The position numbers and the translations under genes are program-made. From assembly GCA_977030845.1 (NCBI GenBank), contig OZ365112.1, positions 14,570,001 through 14,634,000 on the forward strand: a stretch of 64,000 nt of DNA, in the 5' to 3' direction. Position 1 is the stretch's first letter. Each line of letters begins with the position of its first letter. The stretch comes from Fimbriosthenelais zetlandica (Eukaryota). Shown piece after piece: positions 36,001-48,168 of the stretch. The notes below the pieces were generated by a model. It was not told the origin of the DNA. It did no database searches and saw only the letters and a list, made by a program, of their open reading frames with translations.

Positions 36001-39000
36001 AGGTAGCTTGACACTGTGAAGGAATTGCCAGATAATGGTTATAGCCATATAGAGCAAACAGATATGAGAAATACCAAAGATATACGAGAAATATTCCTAG
36101 ATCATAAATGAGGCGAAGTACAAACCTTAAGCCAAGCATCAAGAATGTCTTGCATCGTCACAAGCTTCTCTTCCCATTCTCTCATTTCCTCTTCGAAGGG
36201 TTTGATGAAGGGTGAGCCTCGCATTGTCTGAGCCTTCACAATGTGGTCGTCCAGCAAAAGCTGGATCTCATCAACAGAGGATAGAATGCGAATCCCCTGT
36301 ACAGGAAATGAGTTAAGATTAGTATACAGTAATATTGCCATTACGATTAGTTTTCCATCAATTAACACTTACAATGAATGTTGTGGACTGTATCAGACAA
36401 AATACATCATACAATTCATGTGTCACTACATAAAAAAGATTAAATATCTAGAGTGCTCAAAATGTGAATACTATTTGATTGGGGATGTGTGAATTATGTG
36501 AATCATATGGCTTAATAATATTGTTCAATACACCATCCTCCTAACGGTTAGAAGAATCGACTACGAGTCGCAATAAATTTAGAGAATATCTCTGATATAT
36601 TTGACGACAGATTTACAATAAGACAGTTTCTAGAGTCTACTTCAGAGATATATTTGGAAGGACTATATTCATGCCATAATAAATAAAATCATTCCCAATA
36701 TGTACAAACAAATGACTACAAGTACTATCAGGGAGTCTTTACCTTATGCTGTGAAAAAGAGAGAGTTCCATAGTAAATTATTGGTAAGAGAATAAGTAAT
36801 AGCATGAAAAATTATTCCTTATGATTAGTAAGTATCATCTCTTAAACATTCACACTAAAGACAGAATATGAACTTGAAGGAGAACTGTATATCATTGAAG
36901 ATAAAGACTGTTTCTATCCTTAAAGTTATGATTTAGTCAAAATTTATTTGAAGCAGAAAAGCCTTGTTGTATTATAGGCTTACCTCATAGCCAGGAATCT
37001 GTTAAAGATGAAGCGACCATGGAAGAGGAGGAGAAAGTGCAGGGAGCAGGTTGGTTATTGATCTCACACAATTAGTAAGTAGGGTGAATTGAGATTGACA
37101 GTTGTTAACGTTATCTTAAACACCACTTAAAGTATCACTCGTAAGAGGCCATTCAAATATTATGTAATTGAGGACGGGGTGCTACGCCCAATAGCATTGG
37201 CGTTATAGTGTTAATTGGGGGTGGGGTGTGGTAGCTACCGGGGGAAGGGTGGGGTTGGGGGCAAAAAGTTGGAGCAAAAAGCGTTATGTAATATTTGAAT
37301 GGTCCCTAAATAGTTTAATCAGAAAATGATTGCATTATAAAGCAGGGAGACTGGCAGGTTGAGTTGTAAGTAAGTATAGATTCTTATGGTCAAAGACTTA
37401 GGATGAGTCCTTATAACACTAGGTGCAGATATCACACATAATCGAAATATTTCCATTGTAACTTACAGTGTCTCTATACGGTACAAACTCGAAGCACATA
37501 TCCTTCCATTCGAGCTTCATTTTTTCTAGGGCCTTCTCAAGTGAATATTCCTTGGCAGCCGAGGCTCCAATCTCCTCCAGTCTGAAGTCAAGAGACATAG
37601 TTAAGGTCAGACCCTAAACACTCCTGATACATGTACGTATGTATTACACACATATTGGAAACGCGCATACACTGTGTTTCTGCTTGGCATACACTGTGTT
37701 TCTGCTTGGAAAAGATAGGTTGTGTGTAAAAGAGATGCTTAAGTTAATGCTTTTTATTCTGTATAGGTGACTGAGATGGGATTGTGATAAATGATGTTTT
37801 TACAATTTACTTTTCAAAATGTCTTCTTGGTATGATTTTGTGAAATGATATGGGTTATGGAATAATATGCTTGACTTTGTCGCTGAGTTAGCAGATTTGA
37901 AAACTGATAAGGAGGCAATAGTGGATGTCTGTTGGGTATACTACTGCTACTGCTACTGCGTTCACTATTCTCTCCTATCAATGTAAGGAAATGTAGGGTT
38001 TTGAGGCCTTGTTTCATATAAATTTGTGATCATAAATTATATGTACTAATGCTTAGAGGAACATGTGTAAATAATGTTCTTACTGAATGCAGGAAATGAG
38101 AGAATAAAACTATGTAATAAACAAAGTTAAGCGATTGATTAAGCCAAATAATATAGATCTATACATTTATCTAGGATGTATACAGTCATGTATGTATCTT
38201 GAAGTAATCTGTATTTCCCACGTATAATGCTAGCAGAACGTACACGTAATGCTAGCAGAATGCTTGATAAATCTATCCTCAACATAATGATAGCTATTCA
38301 TATTGTGTGTGACATTATCAATGTATGTAACTTAGAATACTACTGCAATACTACAGTGTCCAGTAGGCACTTTGTGCATTCACAAAATCTGGAATCAGTG
38401 GGATTATATACTTACTTATGTTGCGCACTATTTTTCACAAATATTAATCAGTATCATAATATACAATATGTGCATATTTCTGTCGCAATGTATATCCTAG
38501 TTAATAATGTGAAAATTACATAGGTGGCTTTTCATCCACATAAAAATATATTCAGCAAGACCAAAAAATAGGCTAAGGAAAGTGAGAGCTATTCATGTTG
38601 AAAAGCATTGAGGAAAGTCTTAAACTTTGCAGAGTTTTCAAATCTAGAAAATATCCATCATATAGGTTGATTTGACACAGGTAAATTAATTGGCATTGTG
38701 AAACTGGGCCAGTTTCACTCAAGCCAAAGATTTGGTGAATGAATGGTAATTAATAACGAAAAAATATATGAAATTTAAACTTTACGTCAAAAAAGAACTT
38801 ACTTATCAAGGTGTTTGTGGAGGCCATAGTCCAACATGTTGAGAAGGGAAGTATCTCCTTGGGGTCTGATATTCTGACCTACAATTTCACTCATCTGAAA
38901 ATAATGAAGATTAAGTTTCAATTGCATTCAGGGTTTCTAATCTTTGCATGAGGATGTAGTAAAATCAAAAGGAGATAATCTTGTTGATTTTAGATCCATG

Positions 39001-42000
39001 AAAGTGCCAACTTACAGCCTCCCAGTGACGCTCTCTAATGCCAGGATTACAGATTGTGTGTAGTATAGGCATATGCTGTTTGAACTTGTCAATTTTGCCC
39101 TTCACACGGTCAGCAATGTTACGTGGACCGGGCTGGTCACCGAGACTCTTGGTCAGTTTATACATGGTTCTCCACATATCTGACACTTCATTGTCTATGT
39201 CTTCTGAGTTTAGGTTCTGGAAAGCACCTGCAAATGAGATGGAGTTCAATTGTAAGACTAAAGTTAAATTTCCATGTGCAGGAATCAATTATTTAATGAC
39301 AATCGAAGAGATTTTGATATTATAATAAATAAGATTGTATAAACTCACCAGTAAGCCATTCATCGCTCTTCACATGGAAGTTGAGGGCAGTCCTCCAGAG
39401 CTTGTCATAGGGCTCCTTCATCTGGAACATCTGTTGGAGGATGGGGAAACCAGTAGCCTCCCACTCCAGCAGTGTCTCTTCGTGATTGAGCTGGTCCAGC
39501 TCCTCCCGAGCCGTCTCCAGGTTGGTAGTCAACCTGGTCAGCTGATCGACGTTATCTTTCATGGTTTCCATGCTCATCACCTAGGTCAATGTGGAAAATC
39601 ACATTTAATTATTACAGAAACCAACAGATATTATTTTAATGACATGTGTGACAACAGATCCAGGCAACAGATCGGTAGACTAGTTTTCTCACATTGAAAA
39701 AAGTATTACGAAGATTCTGGCATAAAAAAACACTTATTTAAAACACTGACGTAAAACTTTATATGATATATCTCATACTCAGGGAGACAACTCTTGTATT
39801 ATAAGAGCATTTGTCTCTATATTATCACATTATTAAATATAATTCCCAGGAAGATGAGAGAAGATGGTAAGATGAGACATACCTGGTATGTACATGGCAG
39901 ATACATTTGAAGACATCAATATATAAGCATGGCAATTTAGTGCACAGTGCTGACTTTCATAATAATGCAAGATATTCAATGTCAGATAGCCTACATGTGC
40001 CTATATATCTTTCAGGTAATATGTGCAATTTTAAAATGTACATTAACTTTTTACCCATTATTGTCTACTGTACAAAATAAGCCCACTAATGATATCATTA
40101 ATGGGCCTCGAAATAATACAAATATTAATAATCATATAAATTGGAAAGGATGGTCCATGCTGTGGCCTGGTTGAGTAAAGATTGCTTTGCAAGAGAAAAA
40201 GAAAAGATTTATTCATGAATTGAACACATACCTCCTTCTTTCTGAAAGACTCCACCTCCTTAAAGTAGGTGTTTAGTTTTTCATCAAAGGCGGTGATTCT
40301 CGCACGGAGGTCGTCTTCAGCATTCTCACGGCGATTCAGGATACGAGACTGGCTCAGCTCAAACACTTTGTTGATGTTATCTGGCCAGTGGAAAACTGTA
40401 CTGTTCAGCTTGATGTCCTCATCTTATAAAGAGAAACAGGCGTTAACAATGACAGTATTAGTCATGAGGAAAAGATGGAAAAGATCTTCAAACAAGGCCG
40501 CATCAATTTGCATGCCTATTTACATCAAATTCTTTGGTTTATCTAGTAGAATATAATACTACTCACATGGGAGAATGGCATAATCCAATAAGAATTGGAG
40601 TCTATTTCCAGCCTCAGCAATTTCTTCCTTTAGTTTAAACACGGTCACTTCCATGCACTGAAAATAAAAACAGAAAGATGGTACATTTGTGACTGAGAAT
40701 CATGTATGAAATGTGTCAACATGTAAAAGATGTTTGAGTTAGTCGCTATCCTGATATTACCCACCTGTTTGAGGAATTCTTGGAGGTGAACGAGTTCCTC
40801 AGTGCTCTCTGGTATTTCACTCATGCGATCTGACATCTCATCATATTGACGACAAATGCTAAAACCAAATACAAAGGTTCATCACTGAAGACCATCTGAT
40901 CAATATCGTATACACCTTTCTAAGAATTTCATTTAATCGATATTTTTCTGAGTAATTGACAGGAAAATTAGACAGTACTGACCCTCTGTTGAGTGTGCGG
41001 TTCTCATCTATTTCAAACTGCACAAGACGGTCACGCAGTTTCTGGGCACGGCTACACAGATCAGCATTGAGGTTGTTACAGTCAAGGCAAAACATACTGA
41101 GGGGAACGGTGATTCGGAGCAAGGCTATCTCCTCCTTCAAGTCCTGATAACTATTGATTTTCTAAAATAAAACAAATCACTCAGTACTCTCTCACAGAAC
41201 AAACATCACAAAAATTTAGCAGTGCTTTAGGTGTACAGGGAATTGATAACCTTTCACAAAATACTTACCGACTTGAAAGCCAAAAGTGAATGTTCTTCTT
41301 TCAGAAAAGCAAAGACATCCTGTTCAGCTTTGTTGTTGAGTAGGTCTGCATACTTCTTGTAGACATTGAGGTATTTCTGTGGACCCAGTGTGTTCTTTTT
41401 GAAGATTTCCATGGCTCTGTCCATGAAGTCAGTCACCAGGGATTCCTCCAGCTTGACTGATCGTAATTGTAAATGCTGTCCCTTCATGTCTTGAAACAAT
41501 TCACATTCCACCTGAAGAAAGACAAATAATATCCTGGGTTAAGGACCAATTATTAATTGGCAAGAAGGGATACTAATTAATTAATAAGTACCATTTGCTT
41601 AGCCACGAGAATGCGGCTGATAATTAGCAGAGGAATAACCAGGGGAAGGATCAAGCCTAGGTAGAAAACTTACCCTTGGAAGACCAGTAGCACTGGCTAT
41701 GACCTCTGAGAAGCAGCGGAGGATGATGTCCCTACATTCCCTGAATGGAGGTTCAAAGATGATTTTTGGTTCTTCAACCTTGAGCTTGATGATCATGACA
41801 GGTGTCACTACATACTTTAGCTCATCAAAAACATCACCGAAGTCATTCCCAGTCTGAAATGACAAATGTAATTTTTATTACAGCAATATGAATTATTTCA
41901 AAGAGGAGTGAAGTCCAGTAAGTTAGCATGATTTTACAGCGTCAATCAACTAGACCTACTTTGTGGATCTCAAAGAATTCCAGGAAATCTGTCAGTGAGT

Positions 42001-45000
42001 CGATGACCATACTGCGAAGTTGATTGGACATGAGTGCAGCAACACAGGCAAAGAACTGTTGCACAAGCTCTGTAGAATCGGTGTCATTCTGAGGTACAAG
42101 TTGGGCCCATTTATCTTTGAGGTCCAGGAAAGCCTTGGCGCATGTTGGTATCCAACTGAAGAGAAGAAAGTAGTTATAATTTTAACACCAAATTTAGGAA
42201 GATCAGAAATTACCAGAACGTAACATGTAGTAAAATTATGCTGTATAATCACCTTTTAAGGAGAACTTCTCGAGCTTCCAGACACTGCTTTTTGACCAGC
42301 TGTTCAAATTCTATGGGCAGCAAGGGTAGGTCAGCAGCTAACAGTGCGTCTTTGTTGATGAACCGCAACGATGCGAACCTACGTTAAAGAACAAGTGATG
42401 ATTTATTATTCGGACTACATGAATTGTTTCATATTACCATAAAAGCTTTTTTAGTAGGTTTTCCAGAATCTGATATACAGTGTATAGATAGAGGTACTTA
42501 CTGGTCAAACCATATGGTCTGTAGCTCTAGCATCATGTGGTTCACCACAAATAGGTGGACAGCGTTAAATTCTGTTGCTTGCTTGTAAGGCTCGTGCCAT
42601 GGAACAGGGGCACGGACGATCCTGTGAACAAATAAACTAACTGATTATCCATATGTTATGATTTAAGTTAATTATACAACAATTAACTGGTTTTTAATTG
42701 CAGGAAAGGATGCGACATCTCTGCTTCATTATTCTAATTCCCAAGTCACAGTGTATCTTCATTACATACCGTTGTGGGAAGGGCATTGGGATACTGCGGA
42801 TATGGAGTCGAGATTTCTCGTCTGGATCTCTCAAGACATAATCCACTGGAAAATACAGCAAGAAAGTCTTAAAGAACTGTAAAAACAAAAAACAAAAACA
42901 CTAAAATCATGGGAGGAAGCTATAGGGCAATAGGTTATTCTCACCTATAGATTTGCGAACACTGTGTTCATAATCAGTTTCCACTTCCCCATCTAAATCC
43001 TTCAGTAGCGATTGAAGGTTGGGTGCCATGAGCAAGTCTGCAGGAATCATTGACCGAACCCGACGCATTGTTTCTGGTGCAGTTGGTGCAAGCATCTCCT
43101 TTTTGATACCTTTATTAATATAGTAGTAGTAACGCTGGAAAGAAAAAAACCAGATCGTATGATTCATTTGCACAATACGTGGCATTTAGTGACGCTTGAA
43201 GGTCATGGATTCGGTGGTAAAATTTGAGAGATTTAACGGTTTACTTACATCCAGATCTCTATCTGATGGATCATCATACATGGTGGTCTCTTCATACTCT
43301 AACTCCCTCATGATGTTGAGTTGCTCACTAGGTGTTAATGGTCTACTCGGGGGAGCCATATCTGTAAACATCTCCTCCATAGCACTGTCAATAGCATTAG
43401 AAATCAAATAAATCAGCAATTAAACACCCAATAAAACTACTTGCCAAATATGGTAGACAGAAGCACAGAGAGGTTAATCGTTTAATTTAGTGTAATCTTA
43501 TAGATCTATTCTTTCATCAGTCGACACTCATTGACTGGGTCGACTTTTTACAATATTTAGTAGTTAGATGCTAAGGTTAATTACTGACCGTGAAAATGTA
43601 TCTTTCTGTTCTTGTGTTACACAAACCAATTATTTTAACTAAATCAACGAATAATCAAATACAAATCCATATTTTACATTATAGTGAATGAAAAACGTTA
43701 CAAGGCCACATGATCACACATGAAAGGACATCTTGAAAGGGTGAAATATCGTTGTATTAGATTCAGTATGAATAGGATTAAATAGGACAGACTCCTGTAC
43801 AATTACATAGAACTTTCAGTGTCAGAGGTGATTGTGCAAATATAGAAAAACTACACAAAGAATGGGAAAATCTATCTCAACCAGTCCTTCTGGATAACCA
43901 CTGGGTTCCCCCCAAATATGGGGGTAGGATTAGTAACATTTTCCTTATTAATTTCTTACGCAAATTCAATTTCAAAACCTAAAACGACGCAGTTTATCTG
44001 ACAACCAACATCATTATGTAGAAGCTGGAATTCTAGGTATGACTTACTCTTCTTGTTCAGAGATTTCCTGCAGTTTCTTCTTTTTCCTTGGAGAGAGTTC
44101 TCTGTTTTTGAAAGTAATTGTGTTGCAACAAATTAAATAGTGTCATCAGGATGAGAATTATAGTGGGAGTAAAAGTGAAGGAAGGAAGGAAGGAAGGAAG
44201 TGAAGGAACAAAATGGAGGTGCAAGATATGGGTTTGGAAACAGACAATAGAATAGTTCTAAAGGTAATATGCTTCATCTATACCCGTACATGTATGTGCA
44301 ATTCACAAGGAGATTGAAAAAAACTTCATTCTCATGCTGAACACTTACAATACTTCAGTTAATACAGTCTTTCCACCCGAGAAACACCGGCGATTTAATA
44401 AATGTTCTGGTCCGCTAGTACAAGAACGCAAGAATATAACATGTTAACTCCCGAATTTAAACAAGCGACATTCGGTATATATTTTAAAATAAAATTAAAT
44501 ACAATAATTATTCTATTATTTACCCATTCATAGGTCTCTTGCCAATTTTTGTCTTTGCGCGTGGTAATTGGTTGGGTTGGCTGGGCTCACGTCGTTTTAA
44601 TAAAGTAGGTTCTGAATTCATGTTAAGGAAATATAACATTTTGCTTCAAAATAAAACATACATTTATATCTGGATATTTTAGGCATCATAGAAACGTCCT
44701 AATTAGCGTTATCTATTCAATATAGTAACTATAACCAAACTTATAATTAAAGTTATGGTTTTAGACTTAATTTAAGCAAAGATACACACATCATTTTCAT
44801 ATAATCAGAGCTGAGACGCAGTTTATATGAGGGATTACAATTAAATTTGTTCTGGCATGTACAATCATCAGCCGGTGCTGTTATAAACAGTGAGCGATAT
44901 AAGCTTGGCATGCCACCAACTCTCCATAGCTCATACTCTTTAGTACTTGTATCACCCCAGTAGCTTATTGCGATCTAATCTCTGGCTAATGTAGAATATT

Positions 45001-47602
45001 GACTACAGCTAGCACTCAGAGTGGAGCTTAATCCACAGGGGAGTATATTAATAATTCTGAGTTTCCCAGCCACTGCTGTACTACAGCAACACTGATGCTT
45101 ACGTACGTGGGCAGAATACGAGAATTAATCACTTTCTTATTCTGTACTTTACTGACGTTATGTAATACATGTATGTTAAAGTATACATTTAGTTCACTTT
45201 AATAGGAAGCCAGCCGGTACGATCAAATGCATGGTCAGAGGAAAAGATGTACATGTTGTTGAATCTAAGAAATAATGAATATTTAAGAATTGAGTAATGA
45301 ATAGATATGAACATTTCCTCGATTCATGAGAGTTGAAAATAAAGGATAGAATTGTAGAGAATGTGCTTAACATGGAAGTAAATAATTTAGCGAAGAAGCA
45401 CTTGGCAAGGCACCTATAATGATGATTAGACTGCTTGCCCAGCTCCATGTTTTGTCATTCAGTCATGCAATATTGACTCCCATCGATCAATTCCTCTCAT
45501 ACCCAATGAAGGTTGGTGATTGTTGATTGAAAGCAATGAGTAGTAAGTTCCTCGGCTATATTTCAAACGAGCCGCACTTTTTATGTGCCCTCCCCATTTT
45601 CATTTTTGCCCTTTTGCCCGAAAACATTTTTTGACTTTATGGGACGACCCAATAAGTCCTGGCTGACCATTGTGAAATGATTACAAAGCCTAAACTATCT
45701 GGCTAAATTAAACTAACACGGACAACTATTCAGCAAGGCATGCCGACTTTTGGCATATCGACCTCATAATATAAAGTATTCCATTCAAACAAACACCAAT
45801 ATACCTAATGTTAATATTAAACGGAAATTTTCCATGTTACTCAGTTGAAAGATTAATGAAGGATATGGGCCGAACTTGGCTCATGAACGAATCTTTCCAC
45901 TGTGTCCAAATTTTAACCATTTTTTTGCGATTTAAAAAGGATACCTCGTTGTACTTTATAGCCTCTGTATTTTGGTAGATCTTTAATCTTGAGATCTGAC
46001 GCTGAGGGTGTGTAATTATTTGCAATAGATTCGCTGGGTGTTCGGTGAAATCGTTGTTCTTTAAAGGGTGCCGCCAGTGTCCATGACGTCCCTTTCATTA
46101 TAGGCGGGTGCTCGCTGTGCCTCAAAACAATCTAGAAAATGAAATAAATATAAGTTGAATTTAGGCACTAGCTGATGAATTGAGTTATTGCACATAAACC
46201 AATATCAGACAATAATTTTTAATCAATCAAGAGCCACATCTTTTCTGAATTTTCAACTCAAGGAAGTTTTAATAAATATAATTTATTTAATATGAAAGAG
46301 AAATCCATTACCTGTGTACATAAGTTTATATTTACACATTACCTGATAGAGATTTGAGGCTTCGCGATCACTAGGGGGCAAAGGAGGGAGACCTGGAAGT
46401 CCCCGAGTTTGGCTACAACTCTGGAGAGGTGTCTCTGTGAACTGTAAGGAATATTTAAGTGCTAAGGTGCAAATATGATTAAAAAGAAGGTGAGTTTGCC
46501 TTCGAGAGCATATGTTAACATGCCATGTTAAAAATGCATTTATAAGGCGCATAATGATCATGATCAGATAACATCGTGAAATTGAAAAGTATGGGCGAAT
46601 GGCAATAACGTTTGCTGGTATCAGTGAGGAGGGAGAAAGGAATCCAGATTGGATCATGACTTGAAAATTAACCTCTAATAGGATCTATTGTTATATTGAA
46701 AATATGAAAAGGCCTAGGCATTCTCTAGACTTGTCTGTGGGCCTAACACGACGGACAATAACGTGCCATGGTTCCTTGTGCATAAATAATTTACCTCATT
46801 AGAATCTATCAGTGTTAATAGAGTGAAATTATCACAAAAACGTGTAATTGTTGTTGCTACGATATCTAATATCAAATACAAAAATCGTGGGTTATATCTT
46901 AATCTATCAGGATCTACAAAAATTAGACCAAGATAAAATTATGGTAGATACAATATTGCCACCGCTAATAAAAGCTGTGAACATGTCATATCGCGTGATG
47001 CGAATTCGAATGTGAATGTTTATGAGGAGTTTTTCTTATTGCATGCCGTATAACTTTGGGGCAAAAATGTGCGAGGTCTTAGTTTTCCTCTTACCTTCTC
47101 GAGCTATAACACATTAAATTTAAAAGAGTAGACGTCAAAAAAAAAGTCTCTTTTTTGCTAGCAGCTATATATCTAATTATAAATCTATGGAAAATTGATT
47201 TTTGTTGAGAGATAGGCTACAGTGTGAACCTTTGCTCAAACACAAAAATTGGAGAAATCTGTGGCAAGAAAACTGCTAATAGATCTTAGATCTAGTTAAT
47301 AAGTACTAATAGTAATGATTAGGCTACCGTAATACTAAATATTTAGTAATTCCTAGGTTAAGCCCTTATCTGCCATTAAATAGTCACGTTACTAAATTCT
47401 AACTGGGCCTGAGGTACAATCAATAATCTGTACGGGTACCGTAAGGGCCGGTTATACTGACTATCACTTAGTATCAGTACTACTAGTACTACGGTAGTAC
47501 TAAGACTAAGTAGTACAGTAGTAGTATTCATTTCTTTTGTCATTCAACACAAATACAATTTCTAATAACAAATATTCTTACCCTTGCTCGTTCCATCGCC
47601 AT
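9048..47602 (-). CDS. DNAH3: Dynein axonemal heavy chain 3 (single-headed inner-arm dynein), about 68 constitutive exons. The first 21-nt exon (47582-47602) is tentative; coding from 46441 downward is secure.
   Basis: DNAH3-type N-terminus ([36 protein letters not shown]). P-loops [24 protein letters not shown] and GIGGSGRQS, coiled-coil stalk and [12 protein letters not shown], and C-terminus [28 protein letters not shown] (TAA 9048-9050). Every junction traced is GT-AG with consistent phase. Confidence 0.95.
10893..10910 (-). other. Candidate 18-nt cassette micro-exon of DNAH3 (adds EFYIRI, K>N at the junction)
   Basis: cttttacccttgtcag|TGAGTTTTATATCAGAAT|gtaagt; phase 2-2 matches the host intron; no stop. 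Confidence 0.55.
23507..23533 (-). other. Candidate 27-nt cassette micro-exon of DNAH3 (ARRSKAAGD)
   Basis: ttcacatttcag|GCCAGGAGAAGTAAAGCTGCTGGGGAT|gtaagg; phase 0-0. Confidence 0.6.
24464..24469 (-). other. Candidate 6-nt micro-exon of DNAH3 (AR)
   Basis: cctttccttttccatcatag|GCCCGG|gtaact; phase 0-0. Confidence 0.5.
24540..24679 (-). mobile_element. Decayed tRNA-derived SINE
   Basis: B-box GGTTCGATCC (24636-24645, minus strand) in a tRNA-like head, then caatcaaagattaaaaaaatggtagttgtagctccctcgcatggcactcagca, reminiscent of conserved SINE central domains, and a short (TTCAA)n-like tail nearby. Confidence 0.65.
28413..28463 (-). other. Candidate 51-nt cassette exon of DNAH3 ([17 protein letters not shown])
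   Basis: Branch point actaac, long AG-free zone, cactag|...AGAAG|gtatct; purine-rich body; phase 2-2; open frame. Confidence 0.6.
30129..30149 (-). other. Candidate 21-nt cassette micro-exon of DNAH3 (GSYQDVK)
   Basis: gtttattttag|GGCTCGTATCAAGATGTCAAG|gtaagt; phase 0-0. Confidence 0.62.
31324..32329. repeat. Near-identical head-to-tail tandem duplication of ~0.5 kb (31324-31827 and 31828-32329) in a DNAH3 intron
   Basis: The copies differ at only about four sites seen by eye: a 4-bp indel, a 2-bp indel and two substitutions. Confidence 0.93.
36743..36748 (-). other. Candidate 6-nt micro-exon of DNAH3 (HK)
   Basis: ctctctctttttcacag|CATAAG|gtaaag; phase 0-0. Confidence 0.58.
36984..36998 (-). 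other. Candidate 15-nt micro-exon of DNAH3 (IPGYE)
   Basis: About 60-nt pyrimidine-rich AG-free zone with TGC motifs, ttaacag|ATTCCTGGCTATGAG|gtaagc; phase 0-0. Confidence 0.68.
37145..37306. mobile_element. 162-bp MITE, PIF/Harbinger (Tourist)-like
   Basis: Terminal inverted repeats gaggccattcaaatatta / taatatttgaatggtccc, flanked on both sides by TAA (target-site duplication), with a G-rich non-coding interior. Confidence 0.75.
44177..44208. repeat. (GAAG)n microsatellite
   Basis: gaaggaaggaaggaaggaaggaag run. Confidence 0.85.
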
Positions 47603-47889
47603 TTTGATGGTTTGTTGCGATTCAGTCTGTGAAAGGAGCGAAACTTACGATGTCCAAGGCAATAATATTCTAGGTGTATACCTCGGCATAAACACGAGAC
47701 GGGGCCAAGGCGAAGCTCGCCCCGATTTCTATGCAGTCACAATTTCGTTGACGGTAAAGTTACCACCGATACCGGCGATAGGTATAACCATCCAACGGCG
47801 ATACTTATCGCAACGTATAAATCCCATACATGATACCGTACACCTAACAAACTGTACTTTTCAGGTCTGAACAGCTACTGTGCTGCTAG

Positions 47890-47950
47890 ACATCCGCCAT
47901 TTTGAAACAACACGAGGGTCTCCTCGTTGCTAGGAAGTCACTTCCGGTTA
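47890..47950 (-). promoter_or_regulatory. Putative DNAH3 core promoter
   Basis: YY1-type AAAATGGCGG (minus strand, near 47895-47904), X-box-like GTTGCTAGGAAG (47926-47937) and ETS ACTTCCGG (47940-47947) in a CpG-richer island upstream of the candidate first exon. Confidence 0.5.
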
Positions 47951-48168
47951 GCTTGAGCAGCCACTTTTCGGAAAAGTAGGTCACACGGTCCCTGATCGGA
48001 AAAGTCTTCTTTTTACTCGAATAAAATTAGATCTATACCGTAAAATGAATGTAATCATCGTGAAGTGGATGAAGTGTACCTTTGTATAGTAAATTCAGAG
48101 AATGTCACTGTCCGATTACAGAAGAGTCGTTCGCGACAACTGGGGAGGGATGGATGGTCTAATCTACG

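Noticed and set aside
39335-39697. 120-aa plus-strand ORF and other plus-strand ORFs inside DNAH3 (for example 27242-27424) as nested genes
   Set aside because: They overlap dynein exons antisense or are short, low-information ORFs with no splice or domain support.
39882-39890. ccag|gtatgt and similar AG-GT sites (24101, 24160) as recursive splice sites
   Set aside because: The host introns are short enough not to need them and there is no supporting evidence.
47460-47530. tagtacta-rich palindromic low-complexity patch
   Set aside because: Simple AT-rich repeat with no regular unit, so not array-like.
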